NCBI GenBank assembly: GCA_963642055.1
Contig: CAVIFQ010000008.1
Coordinates: forward strand, 14,805-78,804
Origin: Roseburia hominis
Lineage (GTDB): Bacteria > Bacillota_I > Bacilli_A > RFN20 > CAG-826
DNA: 64,000 bases
Reading direction: 5' to 3'
The notes under the pieces are model-generated. The model was not told where the DNA came from and did not search any database. It saw only the letters and a list, made by a program, of their open reading frames with translations. The position numbers and the translations under genes were made by a program. Of the stretch, positions 46,332 through 56,480 are shown piece after piece (position 1 is the first letter of the stretch; the number at the start of each line of letters is the position of its first letter).

Positions 46332-47362
46332 TATTTGCTCTCCTCAGCTGGTTTGTCGGCTGGTTTGTCGGCTTTCGCTTCACCGCCATTCTCTTTGGCG
46401 GCTTTCATCGCGGCGTAGCGGGCTTGACGCTCAGCTTGCATCTTGGCGTATCTCTCTTCGCGCTCTTTGCGTTGGGCTCTAATGGCGGCTTTGCGCTGCT
46501 CATTGATGAGATCGGCGTTGCGGATGGCGTCTTTCATCGTGGCTTCTTCGCCTTCGTCTTTGGTGTAGGCAATTTCGGTCACGCCGCCTTTGCTTTCGAC
46601 CACGGCATCAGCGAGAACGCCGACGAGGAGTTTGATTGCGCTCGCGGCATCGTTGTTGCTTGGGATCGGGAAGGTGACGACGTCTGGGTCATCGCTCGTG
46701 GAGCAGATGGCGAAGACTGGGATATTGAGTTTGTGGGCCTCGGCGATGGCATTGTGCTCGACGGTTGGATCGACGACGACAAGGGCCTGTGGGAGCCTTC
46801 TCATCTCTTTGATACCTTCGAGGTTGCGGCTGAGTTTTTCTAATTCTTTGCGGAGAATCGCGACTTCTTTCTTCGGAAGCTTGTCGAAGCTGCCATCTTC
46901 TTCCATGGCTTGGAGATCTTTGAGTCTCTTGATGCGGCCAAGGATGGTGCGGAAGTTCGTGAGGGTTCCGCCGAGCCAACGATGGGAGATGTAGAAGCTG
47001 CCGCTTCTGGTCGCTTCATCGATGACGATTTGCTGAGCTTGGGTCTTCGTGCCGACAAAGAGGACTTTGCCGCCATTATCGACGATGCCTTTGAGGGCAT
47101 TATAAGCAGCGACCGTTTGGTCGACGCTCTTGACCAAGTCGATGATGTAGATGCCGTTTCTGGCGCCATAGATGAACTTACTCATCTTTGGGTTCCAACG
47201 GCGGGTTTGATGACCGAAATGGACTCCGGCGTTCAAAAGTTTTTTGATGGTGATGATCGGGGCATTCGGATCATGCATGATCTCATCCATCGTAACTGGT
47301 GCAGAGGCTACTTCCTCTGCGGCAGGGGCAACTGCCTCTACCTTGGTTTCTTCGTCACTCAT
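46331..47362 (-). CDS. rpsB: 30S ribosomal protein S2 with N- and C-terminal extensions
   Basis: GVHFGHQTRRWNPKM core and a K/E/A-rich tail. ATG at 47362 is preceded by GGAGGT. Confidence 0.92.
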   Translation of the reverse strand: MSDEETKVEAVAPAAEEVASAPVTMDEIMHDPNAPIITIKKLLNAGVHFGHQTRRWNPKMSKFIYGARNGIYIIDLVKSVDQTVAAYNALKGIVDNGGKVLFVGTKTQAQQIVIDEATRSGSFYISHRWLGGTLTNFRTILGRIKRLKDLQAMEEDGSFDKLPKKEVAILRKELEKLSRNLEGIKEMRRLPQALVVVDPTVEHNAIAEAHKLNIPVFAICSTSDDPDVVTFPIPSNNDAASAIKLLVGVLADAVVESKGGVTEIAYTKDEGEEATMKDAIRNADLINEQRKAAIRAQRKEREERYAKMQAERQARYAAMKAAKENGGEAKADKPADKPAEESK

Positions 47363-47563
47363 TCTGGTGACCTCCATTTGTTTTTACCTCCCTCGTTTCG
47401 AGCAGCTGACCACCCCATCGCTTTTTAAGCTATTTCGCCCGATGGGGAACACGGCGCTGAATCCGCGAGGTGTGCATTAGCCCACACAAAAAAGGGCCGA
47501 GTGAGAGTATACCACCCCTTTACTATAAGTAAAAGCGCGATTTTTGGGACGCGGAGCCACACC

Positions 47564-48025
47564 TTATTCACACGCTAAAGAAACGAAGGTGAAAATTATC
47601 CCTAGCAGCAGGAAAAGACCACCTACTTCAAGCATTTCGTAATGAAACGGCTTTTGCTTCGAGCGCTTCATTTCGACATAGTCAGCATAAGTTGGAGGAA
47701 GATTGCTCTTTTCCGGTTTTATCCTGAAGGTAAACGAAAACACCTTTCTAACGCCATAAACAATCATGTCAAACGCGCCTTTTTCGCTGACCCAGACAAG
47801 GAGCCAGAACAAGATTGGAAGGGATCCACCAACGAAGAAGGAATCGCTCAAAACGCGATACTTGTTTTCGTTCCACGTTAGTTCGAGCGGCCCTAAAACC
47901 TCAATGCAAAAAGTACCAGCAAAAAGAGATGTGGAAAACAAAAAGGAAAGAATCAGCCTAATCGTGAATTTTTTCCACGAAAAAGCCTCTTTCTCCTTTT
48001 TGGTGCCTTCCAGATTTTCTTCCAT
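47564..48025 (-). CDS. small membrane protein (DUF3899-like)
   Basis: 153 aa with 3-4 TM segments and a GAFDMIVYGVRKVF segment. Confidence 0.5.
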   Translation of the reverse strand: MEENLEGTKKEKEAFSWKKFTIRLILSFLFSTSLFAGTFCIEVLGPLELTWNENKYRVLSDSFFVGGSLPILFWLLVWVSEKGAFDMIVYGVRKVFSFTFRIKPEKSNLPPTYADYVEMKRSKQKPFHYEMLEVGGLFLLLGIIFTFVSLACE

Positions 48026-48030
48026 CGTTA

Positions 48031-49446
48031 TTATTTATTGACGATTTCTTTATAGGTCTCGAATTCCTTATCGTCGCAGAGAACGAAATGCCCCGGTTCC
48101 ACCTCTTTTAGGGTTGGCTTCACGCCTTCGTAATGATGGTCACGGCTTGGAACGTAATCGATCCTTTTCCTATTCCTTTCGTAATGCGGATCAGGCAAAG
48201 GAATCGCACTCAATAAGCTCTTGGTATACGGGTGAAGAGGGTGAGCGAAAAGCGAATCGCTCGACGCAATTTCGACGATATTGCCGAAATACATGACGGC
48301 GATTCTATCGCAGAAATATTTGACGACGCTCAAATCGTGAGCGATGAAAAGAATCGAGAGATTGAGCTCATTTTTCAAATCATTGAGCAAGTTGATGACC
48401 TGGGCTTGAATAGAAACATCAAGGGCGCTGACCGGCTCATCGCAGATAAGGAGGTCTGGTTCCATAATAAGAGCACGAGCAATGCCGATTCTTTGACGCT
48501 GGCCGCCAGAGAATTCGTGCGGATAACGGGTAGCCATTTCCGGCTGAAGGCCAACGCGAGTCAAAACATCGGCCACTTTTGCGTCGATTACGGCACTGTT
48601 GTGAATGCCTTGGATACGAAGACCCTCGGCGATGATATCGCGCACGGTCATACGGGGGTCAAGCGAGGCGATAGGATCTTGGAAAATCATTTGCATGCGG
48701 CTCGTGATTTTCGTGTTTTTCGCAATCAAGCGATGCTCGGCGTATTTTAGATATTCTTTCCAATAGGCAATGAAAGGCGCTTTTTGACTCTTTAAAGCCG
48801 CAACACGCTCCTCGTGCTCTTTTTTCTCTTTCTCCAAAGCCTTTTTGGCGAATGGCGCGTTGCAGTGGCGATTGTCGCGATGGGCGCGGTGAATCTCGTG
48901 ACGTTGTTCGCTGATAATCGAATCGAGTTCCTGTTTTAAAGCCGCAATCTTGTCATCGTATTCTTTTTTGACGCGAGCGACTTCGGATTCTAAATCGCTG
49001 TTATCTGTGACGGCAAGCGATGAAAGAGCCTCTTTCTTCTCTTCTTTGAGCTTTTTTATTTGCTCATTGTATTTGATGCGCTTCCACTTGATTTCCTTCT
49101 CGTTCCATCTAGTGCCGGCCGAGATTCGCGTGCCTTCAAAATAGACGGAGCCGCTGGTGATATCGTAAAGCTTGATGATGCTTCTGCCTGTCGTGGTTTT
49201 TCCGCATCCTGACTCGCCGACGAGTCCCAACACTTCGCCTTTCTTTAAGTCGAAGGAGACATCATGAACGGCTTTGTTGTATTTGTATTCGCCGCTCCCG
49301 AATTTGAAATATTGCTTCAAATGGCGGACGGAAAGGATAACAGGGGCATCTTCGCTCACGCCACTTTTCGGGGCATTTTGCTTAATTTGGTCATTTTCAA
49401 CGCTTACCAAATCAGCGGTTTTTGCGTTTTTGTTCTCTTTTTTCAT
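48031..49446 (-). CDS. oppF: oligopeptide ABC transporter ATP-binding protein OppF with an insertion of about 135 aa
   Basis: GESGCGKTT Walker A, QMIFQDP Q-loop, FSGGQRQR signature, LICDEPVSALD Walker B. Confidence 0.88.
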   Translation of the reverse strand: MKKENKNAKTADLVSVENDQIKQNAPKSGVSEDAPVILSVRHLKQYFKFGSGEYKYNKAVHDVSFDLKKGEVLGLVGESGCGKTTTGRSIIKLYDITSGSVYFEGTRISAGTRWNEKEIKWKRIKYNEQIKKLKEEKKEALSSLAVTDNSDLESEVARVKKEYDDKIAALKQELDSIISEQRHEIHRAHRDNRHCNAPFAKKALEKEKKEHEERVAALKSQKAPFIAYWKEYLKYAEHRLIAKNTKITSRMQMIFQDPIASLDPRMTVRDIIAEGLRIQGIHNSAVIDAKVADVLTRVGLQPEMATRYPHEFSGGQRQRIGIARALIMEPDLLICDEPVSALDVSIQAQVINLLNDLKNELNLSILFIAHDLSVVKYFCDRIAVMYFGNIVEIASSDSLFAHPLHPYTKSLLSAIPLPDPHYERNRKRIDYVPSRDHHYEGVKPTLKEVEPGHFVLCDDKEFETYKEIVNK

Positions 49447-51191
49447 TGCGCATCCTCCTCTTTTTTGGCTAGCTCTTTATTGAGTTTCTCAAAGCGTGCG
49501 ATACGGTCAGTGACCGATTTCGGCGGATCGACATGCGGGGCTCTTTCATCTAGCAGCCACGTTGCCGCTTTATGCGTTGGCGAAATCTCGAAAAATGGCG
49601 GTTCTTCCTCGTAGTCTATCTGCATCGCGTATTTGTTTCTCGCCGCGAAGGCATCGCCTTTTGGCGGAATGATCATATTCGGCGGAGTGCCAGGGATCGA
49701 ATCAAGGCGCTCTTTGGTGTTCAAATCTGGCATCGAGCTCAATAAAGCCCAAGTATATGGATGAGCCGGATGATAGAAAATGTCATCGGCCGTGCCATAT
49801 TCGACGATTTTGCCAGCATACATTATGGCGATATCGTCAGCCATGTTCGCGACAACCCCAAGGTTATGCGTAATGAAGATGACCGAAAGATTGCGTTTGG
49901 CTTTGAGTTCGTTAATCAAATCGAGAATCTGGGCTTGGATGGTGACATCAAGCGCGGTAGTCGGCTCATCGCAGATAAGCACTTCTGGGTCACTCGATAA
50001 GGCGATGGCGATGACAACACGTTGTCTCATACCGCCAGAGAACTCAAATGGGTATTGATTGATGCGTTTCTCCGGGTCTTTAATGCCGACTTCGCCCAAA
50101 AGTTGAATCGCTTTTTGCTTTAATTCGGCTTTATCGATGGTCAAATGCGAATCAGCGATATTCTTTTTCAAAGACTCGAGGAGCAGGTTAGCTTTCTTAT
50201 CGATATCGGCATTTTTGGAAAGATATTCATGGTCCAAATGAGCGATGAAACTCTCGATATATTTCTTGGTGTTGCCGATAACCGCTTTGCTCGACATATC
50301 GATTTCGCTAGCCCAGGCTCTTTCTTTGACCGAGGCTTTCTCATCCTCTTTGATTTTGCCTTTGGCGATTAATTTCTTTCTCTTTTCAGCGTCTTTGGCC
50401 ACTTTCTTCTCGCGCTTTAAGGCCTCTTGATATTGCTGCAAATAGTATTGGACGGTGATAAGGAAAGTAAAAACGAAGTCGTCTTTTTTATCATCTAGAT
50501 GGTTCTCGACCTTCTTGGTTTTCTCTTTGATTTGACGCAGTTCTTTTTTAAGTGACGGGAAAGAATCGGCATTCTCGAAAATCGGACTGCTCAATAATCC
50601 TTCCAAATATGCTTTGGCCTCATCTGCGCCTTTTTTGATGTTTTCTTCGTTGACCTTTACGGCGCTTTTGGCATCATCGAGCAAAACGCTATAATCGCCA
50701 TTCTCGTTTTTCTTGAGGCTTTCGATGATTTCTTTTTTAGAGGAATCGGTTTCAAGAAGCGTTTTTTCAATAAGGGCGACGCGCTTTTTGCTATAGGCGA
50801 TCATGCTCTTTTTCTTAAGCATCATCGCTTCGGTGATCTGCTTTCCGCACTTCATGATTGGATTGAGCGAGCTCATCGGATCTTGGAAAATCATCGCGAT
50901 GCGTGAGCCGCGGATGGAGCATAGATCTTCTTCTTTTAGACGGAGGATATCGCGCCCATCGTAAAGGATTTCGCCTTCTTCGACGATTTTATTCGGCGCA
51001 AGAATTCCCATGATGGCGCGTGAAGTCTGGCTCTTGCCTGAGCCTGATTCGCCGACGATCGCAAGCGTCCTCCCTCGATACAAATCGAAAGAGACGCCAC
51101 GCACCGCCTTGACGGTGCCGTTGTTGGTCCAGAAACTCACGCGAAGGTTCTTGACCGAAAGCACTTTGTTTTCATTATTGATATTAGACAT
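49443..51191 (-). CDS. oppD: oligopeptide ABC transporter ATP-binding protein OppD with an insertion of about 225 aa
   Basis: GESGSGKS Walker A, MIFQDP Q-loop, FSGGMRQR signature, LICDEPTTALD Walker B. Confidence 0.88.
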   Translation of the reverse strand: MSNINNENKVLSVKNLRVSFWTNNGTVKAVRGVSFDLYRGRTLAIVGESGSGKSQTSRAIMGILAPNKIVEEGEILYDGRDILRLKEEDLCSIRGSRIAMIFQDPMSSLNPIMKCGKQITEAMMLKKKSMIAYSKKRVALIEKTLLETDSSKKEIIESLKKNENGDYSVLLDDAKSAVKVNEENIKKGADEAKAYLEGLLSSPIFENADSFPSLKKELRQIKEKTKKVENHLDDKKDDFVFTFLITVQYYLQQYQEALKREKKVAKDAEKRKKLIAKGKIKEDEKASVKERAWASEIDMSSKAVIGNTKKYIESFIAHLDHEYLSKNADIDKKANLLLESLKKNIADSHLTIDKAELKQKAIQLLGEVGIKDPEKRINQYPFEFSGGMRQRVVIAIALSSDPEVLICDEPTTALDVTIQAQILDLINELKAKRNLSVIFITHNLGVVANMADDIAIMYAGKIVEYGTADDIFYHPAHPYTWALLSSMPDLNTKERLDSIPGTPPNMIIPPKGDAFAARNKYAMQIDYEEEPPFFEISPTHKAATWLLDERAPHVDPPKSVTDRIARFEKLNKELAKKEEDAQ

Positions 51192-52674
51192 TGTCGGAAC
51201 CTCTTAATTGCGGGTTGAAAGCGTCACGTAAACCATTGCCAAACATATTGAAGCAAATCATCAGCAATGAAATGAACAACGCTGGCCAGAAAATGTTATT
51301 CGGATAGCTGGTATACGATGATTGCCCTTGCGATAGCATGGTACCGATGGAAGTCGTGCCCGAGGCATCAAAATTGATGATGCCTAAATAGCTGAGCGAG
51401 GACTCGCTGAAGATGACGCCAGGAATCATGAGGACGCTGCTAGTGACGATCGTTCCTATCGAATTAGGCAAAATGTGGCGGAAAATGAGTCGCGCATCGC
51501 TGGCACCCAAGGTCCGGCTTGCCAAAACGTATTCCTGCTTTTTGTAACGGTAGAACTGCATACGAACGGTGCTCGCCGTGCCTAGCCATCCCGTGAGCAC
51601 GAATGCCACAAAGAGCATTCCCACCACCGAGATATTGAAATAGACGCCGTTATAGTTCTTCACGAGTGCGATGACGATCATAAACGGCACATTCGAGAGG
51701 ATTTCCGAAATGCGTTCCATGATGATATCAGTGGTACCGCCATAGAATCCTTCAATCGAACCGTAGATAAGACCAATGATAAGATTTATCGCGCTGACTC
51801 CAAAAGCGAACAAAAGAGAGAATCTGCCACCAACCGCTAAACGGGTTAAGATATCGCGCCCTGCGCTGTCACTGCCCAATCCGAAGAACGGGCGGTTACC
51901 ATTATTGTAATAATAGTAATTGTCGTAACTAATACGGACGTTATACACGCTGCCGCTTAATCCGGTTGCCTCATAGTAAACGTAATTGCCATCGGCATCC
52001 GTTTTCCATTCTTTTTGAAGCTTTCCGTCTTTCAAAATCGGAAGTTTCGTGCGGGAATTGAAGCGATAATCGTAATTCGCGTTGCTTCTGATGGCACTTT
52101 CGATGATGCTTGAATCTTGCCCCTCTTCCTCGATCCAGGAAGTGCTGATGAGTGGCAAAAGAACTTTGTATTCATCGCTGACGGTGGCATCATAAGCAAC
52201 GACTTTATCAAGCTCGTTTTTGGTAAGCGTATGATTGACAGCGCCAATAGTGTAAGTGTCATAACGAACATCGTATTTCGTGGTATAGCCAGAGAAATCA
52301 TCGCCTGATTGATAGACCTTATAGACCTCTTTGACGCGTCCGGTTTCGCTATAAAGGTAATATTCGGCTTGCCCTAGCGTACGTTTCTCGGTCCCATCCC
52401 AGAATCCGCCGGCATCGGAGAAAGCCTTTGGCAAACAGTTGGTGTAATAAGAATCAGCTTGAGTGGCCGTATAGCCAGTGCAGAATGGCGTGATGATCGA
52501 AAAGAGGAACATGCACAAAAGGATCGCTCCAGCAATGATCGAACCTTTGTTGCGGGAAAAGCGGTACATCGCATCGGCGAAGAAACCAATGCGCTTGGTC
52601 TCCATTTTCGTATCGACGAGTTTCTTGTCGCTTTGAATGAAAGTGAAACGTGGATCTTTGACAGTGTTTTCCAT
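51184..52674 (-). CDS. oppC: oligopeptide ABC transporter permease OppC (extended extracellular loop)
   Basis: BPD-transporter permease core (LASRTLGASDARLIFRHILPN); position in the operon. Confidence 0.85.
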   Translation of the reverse strand: MENTVKDPRFTFIQSDKKLVDTKMETKRIGFFADAMYRFSRNKGSIIAGAILLCMFLFSIITPFCTGYTATQADSYYTNCLPKAFSDAGGFWDGTEKRTLGQAEYYLYSETGRVKEVYKVYQSGDDFSGYTTKYDVRYDTYTIGAVNHTLTKNELDKVVAYDATVSDEYKVLLPLISTSWIEEEGQDSSIIESAIRSNANYDYRFNSRTKLPILKDGKLQKEWKTDADGNYVYYEATGLSGSVYNVRISYDNYYYYNNGNRPFFGLGSDSAGRDILTRLAVGGRFSLLFAFGVSAINLIIGLIYGSIEGFYGGTTDIIMERISEILSNVPFMIVIALVKNYNGVYFNISVVGMLFVAFVLTGWLGTASTVRMQFYRYKKQEYVLASRTLGASDARLIFRHILPNSIGTIVTSSVLMIPGVIFSESSLSYLGIINFDASGTTSIGTMLSQGQSSYTSYPNNIFWPALFISLLMICFNMFGNGLRDAFNPQLRGSDNV

Positions 52675-52676
52675 AA

Positions 52677-53624
52677 TTATCTAGCCCCCATTCTGATGCG
52701 TGGATCGACCCATCCATAGGACAAGTCGATAATAAGCGCGGCCGCTAAACCGATGCCGACGTAGAACATGCTGAGGAACATGAAGAAGTTGTAGTCCTGG
52801 TTATTGATCGAAGAAAGATAGAGCTGACCAACGCCAGGAACGGAGAAGAAGTTCTCGATGATGAGCGAGCCTCCTAAACAGGAAATGAATTCGCCAAGGA
52901 TCATCGGGAAAATAGGCACCATCGCGTTACGGAGAGCATGTCTCCAAGTCGCTTGGCCCCTCGTTAAGCCTTTAGCTCTAGCCAAAAGCATGAATTCGCT
53001 CGTAAGGACCTCGGTCAACTCAGCGCGAGTATAACGGGTAAGACCGGCGACCGTGCCAATGATAAGGCAAAGCATCGCTGGGAAATAGCTATGGAAGAAG
53101 GTCGGATTCCAGTAATCGAAACCGCTATTGACGACGAGCGGATACCATTTGAGTTTCGCGCAGAAGATATACTGAATCAAAAAGCAGTAAACATAGCTAG
53201 GAACCGAAATGAATAACATAACGAGGATCGAAATAAGCTGATCCTGCCATTTGTTCTTTTTTAAGGCGGCGATAATCCCAAGCGTCAAGCCGATCGGGAT
53301 AGCGATAATCGAGCTCCAGATGTTCAGATAAATCGTGCTCGGAAGTTTTTCCGAAAGCACCGCCGTGACTGATTTTCCAGCGTAAATATTGAATCCAATT
53401 CCGAAATCGCCTTGGAAAACGTGCTTAATATAAAGCCAATATTGCACCAAAATTGGTTTGTTGTAGCCCAAAGCCTCTCTCCAAGCATTGATGGAGATAC
53501 ATGTTTGATCTTGCGCGCGGCAGCTAGTGACAGGAAGCAACCGCACGAGCACGAAGCATATCGTTGTAATGATAAAAAACGTGAGCAGCATCAAACCGAT
53601 TCTTTTAAAGATGTAACGTAACAT
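52677..53624 (-). CDS. oppB: oligopeptide ABC transporter permease OppB
   Basis: N-terminus MLRYIFKRI... and the ARAKGL...HALRNA EAA motif. Confidence 0.88.
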   Translation of the reverse strand: MLRYIFKRIGLMLLTFFIITTICFVLVRLLPVTSCRAQDQTCISINAWREALGYNKPILVQYWLYIKHVFQGDFGIGFNIYAGKSVTAVLSEKLPSTIYLNIWSSIIAIPIGLTLGIIAALKKNKWQDQLISILVMLFISVPSYVYCFLIQYIFCAKLKWYPLVVNSGFDYWNPTFFHSYFPAMLCLIIGTVAGLTRYTRAELTEVLTSEFMLLARAKGLTRGQATWRHALRNAMVPIFPMILGEFISCLGGSLIIENFFSVPGVGQLYLSSINNQDYNFFMFLSMFYVGIGLAAALIIDLSYGWVDPRIRMGAR

Positions 53625-53794
53625 AATCGATTTCCAAAGCGTCTTTCTCGAATCGTCCCTAACGCAAACGGTTTAGGGTAAGCCCTCGATTCGAAGGGCC
53701 GATAGTCTATGATGGATATAATAATGGTTTCAAAGTCCCCTTTGTAGCGGAAAGAGGGTGAGCGTACCCACCCTCTCTCGCTAAAGAGAAACGG

Positions 53795-56305
53795 CTATTT
53801 GTTGTAGTCAATGAATCCGTCGCTTCCGAGGTTCGAATTGACCCAATTGTTCCAATCGGAATCGGTCTTCGTGAGTTTGAGGAATCTGATTCCACCGAAG
53901 CCGACAAGCTGCACGTATTGATCAGTTCCAGTCGTCACACGGTAGCTGTTGATAGAAACTGATTGACGAGCACCCCAAGTGATGAAGTTATAAGTGCCAA
54001 CGATATAGGATTCGCAAGCGCTTAAGATGTTAAGACGGGTATTGGCGTCAGCAAGAGCAGCGCTGTATTTGCCAGAGATGAGCTCATAGGTCCAGTTGCC
54101 TGGTTTTTGTCCAGAGCCATCGCCACCGAGAGACATCGTCACGATATCATCGGCGTTGCCAGTAACTTTTGTCTTATCGACATCCCAATCACCAGTAGCG
54201 ACATTGATTGTGATCGAATCTTTGTAAATCGGATACGGCTCATACATGTTATCGGAGACCGTGTAGCACTGGAGGATACTGAACGGATCGAATTGCGCGC
54301 CACCCCAAGTGGAGATACCGAACTCGCAGCTACCAGCCATGATGTGATCGCTATAAGCGGTGCCAGAGATCTTGACTTCAATATCGAGCTTACCTTCAAG
54401 TTTGGTTCCTTTAACAAGCTCTTTGTAGGCATCAACGACCCAATTGATCATATCATCCCACCCTTCGTTGTAAGATTCCCAAAGAAGATGGACATTTTGA
54501 CCTTCAACATAGTGTCCTTCTCTGGTGGATTTGCTCTCTTCTTCAACCGCCTCATCGATTAACTTTCTGGCTTGTGCAAGGTCATAGCCAAAGTAGTTTG
54601 GTTCACCATCAGAATCTACGCCGAAATTGTCGGTGACGACTTTTTTGCCTTGGGCTGTGTCACGATAAGCAACACCAGTCTCAGGGTCAGAGACGTACAT
54701 GAAGTTGATCGGCACGTCGAATCCGCGCCAACCAGCGGTCTGGGTTTGGCAAAGGGTCTTACGGTCAAGGCCGAGTGACAAAGCTTGACGGAATTTATCG
54801 TTCGACAAGATCGTATGATTGCCTTTGGTGTCTTTGTCTTGATTCTCTTTCAATTTGTCGTAAACGCTATTGACAGTCAATTTGGTGGTGTATGACTGTG
54901 GGGTATACATCAAACGTGAACTGGATCCGAAGATATTGAGATCCTGGCTGCGCAATGAATAACCGTCGATCTTACCAGTGCGGAACAAGTTGAGCGTGGT
55001 GTCCGCGCTTGCGACATATTGGACTTCAATCTTGTCGACTTGATATTGGCCTTCATGATTCCCATCCGTGTATCCATACCACTTGTCGTTACGGACAAAG
55101 TCGAATTCCTTATCGGCTTGGAAGGTATCGATCTTATATGGACCATAAGCGACATAGGTATCTTTGGAAGTACCATAGGTGGTGCTATAGAGATCGCTAT
55201 CAGCGACAGCCGTTCTCAAAGAATCCCACAAAGATTGCTTAACGATCCAGTTTCCAGAGAAGAACTGTTTGGCATAGAAATCACCAACTGGGTTCGTGAA
55301 GTAGATATTGAAGGTGTAGTCATCTACTTTGGAAATACCGACATTATCGAAGCTGTATTTGTCATAGGTGTAGTAACGTAAGCACCAAGAAGCCATCGAA
55401 TAGTTAGTGCCATCAAGATCACCTTCTATAAAGTCGTGCGAAAGTTTATCTTCAGACATCCCGAATGCATCTTTCAAAATATACCCGCAGACGGTGGCAA
55501 TTTTCTCTTTAAGTTCAGCTTTATCATCGATACGAACGTCTTTTGGCGATGAATCATTACCGAAAGTAGCTTCATCGGCCAATAACTCTGCCGCTGCCGG
55601 GGAGTGAGCATCACTAAGATATCCGCACAAATCGGCGAAAGAGTAGCCGCCCCACCAGGAGCTTACGGTATAAGCATTGAAATACCATCCTTCTTTGGCC
55701 GCTTTGCCAGCGTGAGCTACACCATCACCATCGATATATTCCTCAAGCAATGTTCTTCCGCTATGCAAATAGGATAAGCCACCGGCAATGGCGGTTGTGC
55801 CACTTGCGTAATCGCCAGCACGATAGTTTTGCATTTCCGGATCAAGCAAATCCTTCAAAGAGTTGACGTAGGTGTCAGCGTTAATGGCAGTGCCATCTTC
55901 GAAAACGGCCTTCTGGTTGAGCTTGACTTGCCACTTTTGGCCAACGGAATACTTCTTTGCCGCGCCAGTATCGTCAGTGGTCGTGTTCATGCCGTATTTT
56001 TCGACTTCAGCATCAGTTAAAGTGCTAGTGACGTCAGTCGGGATTTCAGCGGCCATTTCAGGAACGACCTTGTACCCATCCTTCGTGTCGTTCAGAACAT
56101 AATCCACCAAACCGATTTCGGTGTAACCGGAAACCAAAGTATCTTCGCTTGTTTTCCATGTGGCTGGTGCCCACCTCTCAGGGTTGCCGCTCGTAGCGTC
56201 ATGATAAGTGTAGGTGACGCCCGAGTCATTGCTGCATCCTGCAAGTCCGGCGATGCCGACGATCGCCAAGAGACTAAGAGGAAGCAGTTTTGTCTTGTTT
56301 TTCAT
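53795..56305 (-). CDS. oppA: oligopeptide-binding lipoprotein OppA (836 aa, enlarged)
   Basis: Lipobox LAG|C; family-5 SBP-like segments; first gene of the opp operon. Confidence 0.8.
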   Translation of the reverse strand: MKNKTKLLPLSLLAIVGIAGLAGCSNDSGVTYTYHDATSGNPERWAPATWKTSEDTLVSGYTEIGLVDYVLNDTKDGYKVVPEMAAEIPTDVTSTLTDAEVEKYGMNTTTDDTGAAKKYSVGQKWQVKLNQKAVFEDGTAINADTYVNSLKDLLDPEMQNYRAGDYASGTTAIAGGLSYLHSGRTLLEEYIDGDGVAHAGKAAKEGWYFNAYTVSSWWGGYSFADLCGYLSDAHSPAAAELLADEATFGNDSSPKDVRIDDKAELKEKIATVCGYILKDAFGMSEDKLSHDFIEGDLDGTNYSMASWCLRYYTYDKYSFDNVGISKVDDYTFNIYFTNPVGDFYAKQFFSGNWIVKQSLWDSLRTAVADSDLYSTTYGTSKDTYVAYGPYKIDTFQADKEFDFVRNDKWYGYTDGNHEGQYQVDKIEVQYVASADTTLNLFRTGKIDGYSLRSQDLNIFGSSSRLMYTPQSYTTKLTVNSVYDKLKENQDKDTKGNHTILSNDKFRQALSLGLDRKTLCQTQTAGWRGFDVPINFMYVSDPETGVAYRDTAQGKKVVTDNFGVDSDGEPNYFGYDLAQARKLIDEAVEEESKSTREGHYVEGQNVHLLWESYNEGWDDMINWVVDAYKELVKGTKLEGKLDIEVKISGTAYSDHIMAGSCEFGISTWGGAQFDPFSILQCYTVSDNMYEPYPIYKDSITINVATGDWDVDKTKVTGNADDIVTMSLGGDGSGQKPGNWTYELISGKYSAALADANTRLNILSACESYIVGTYNFITWGARQSVSINSYRVTTGTDQYVQLVGFGGIRFLKLTKTDSDWNNWVNSNLGSDGFIDYNK

Positions 56306-56480
56306 ACAATTCCTCCTACGCTTTTCGCGTATGTCGACATTTTTAGAATGAGGATAAGATTGTCAACGATTAATTTTCTTTTTTGGTTTTTTAGTTAAAT
56401 TAGTTCGCTAAAAATGAAGGTAGGGGCTAGATTTCAATAATTATTTTCGCGTGAAAACGCTTTCAAAAAATAAATGGTTT

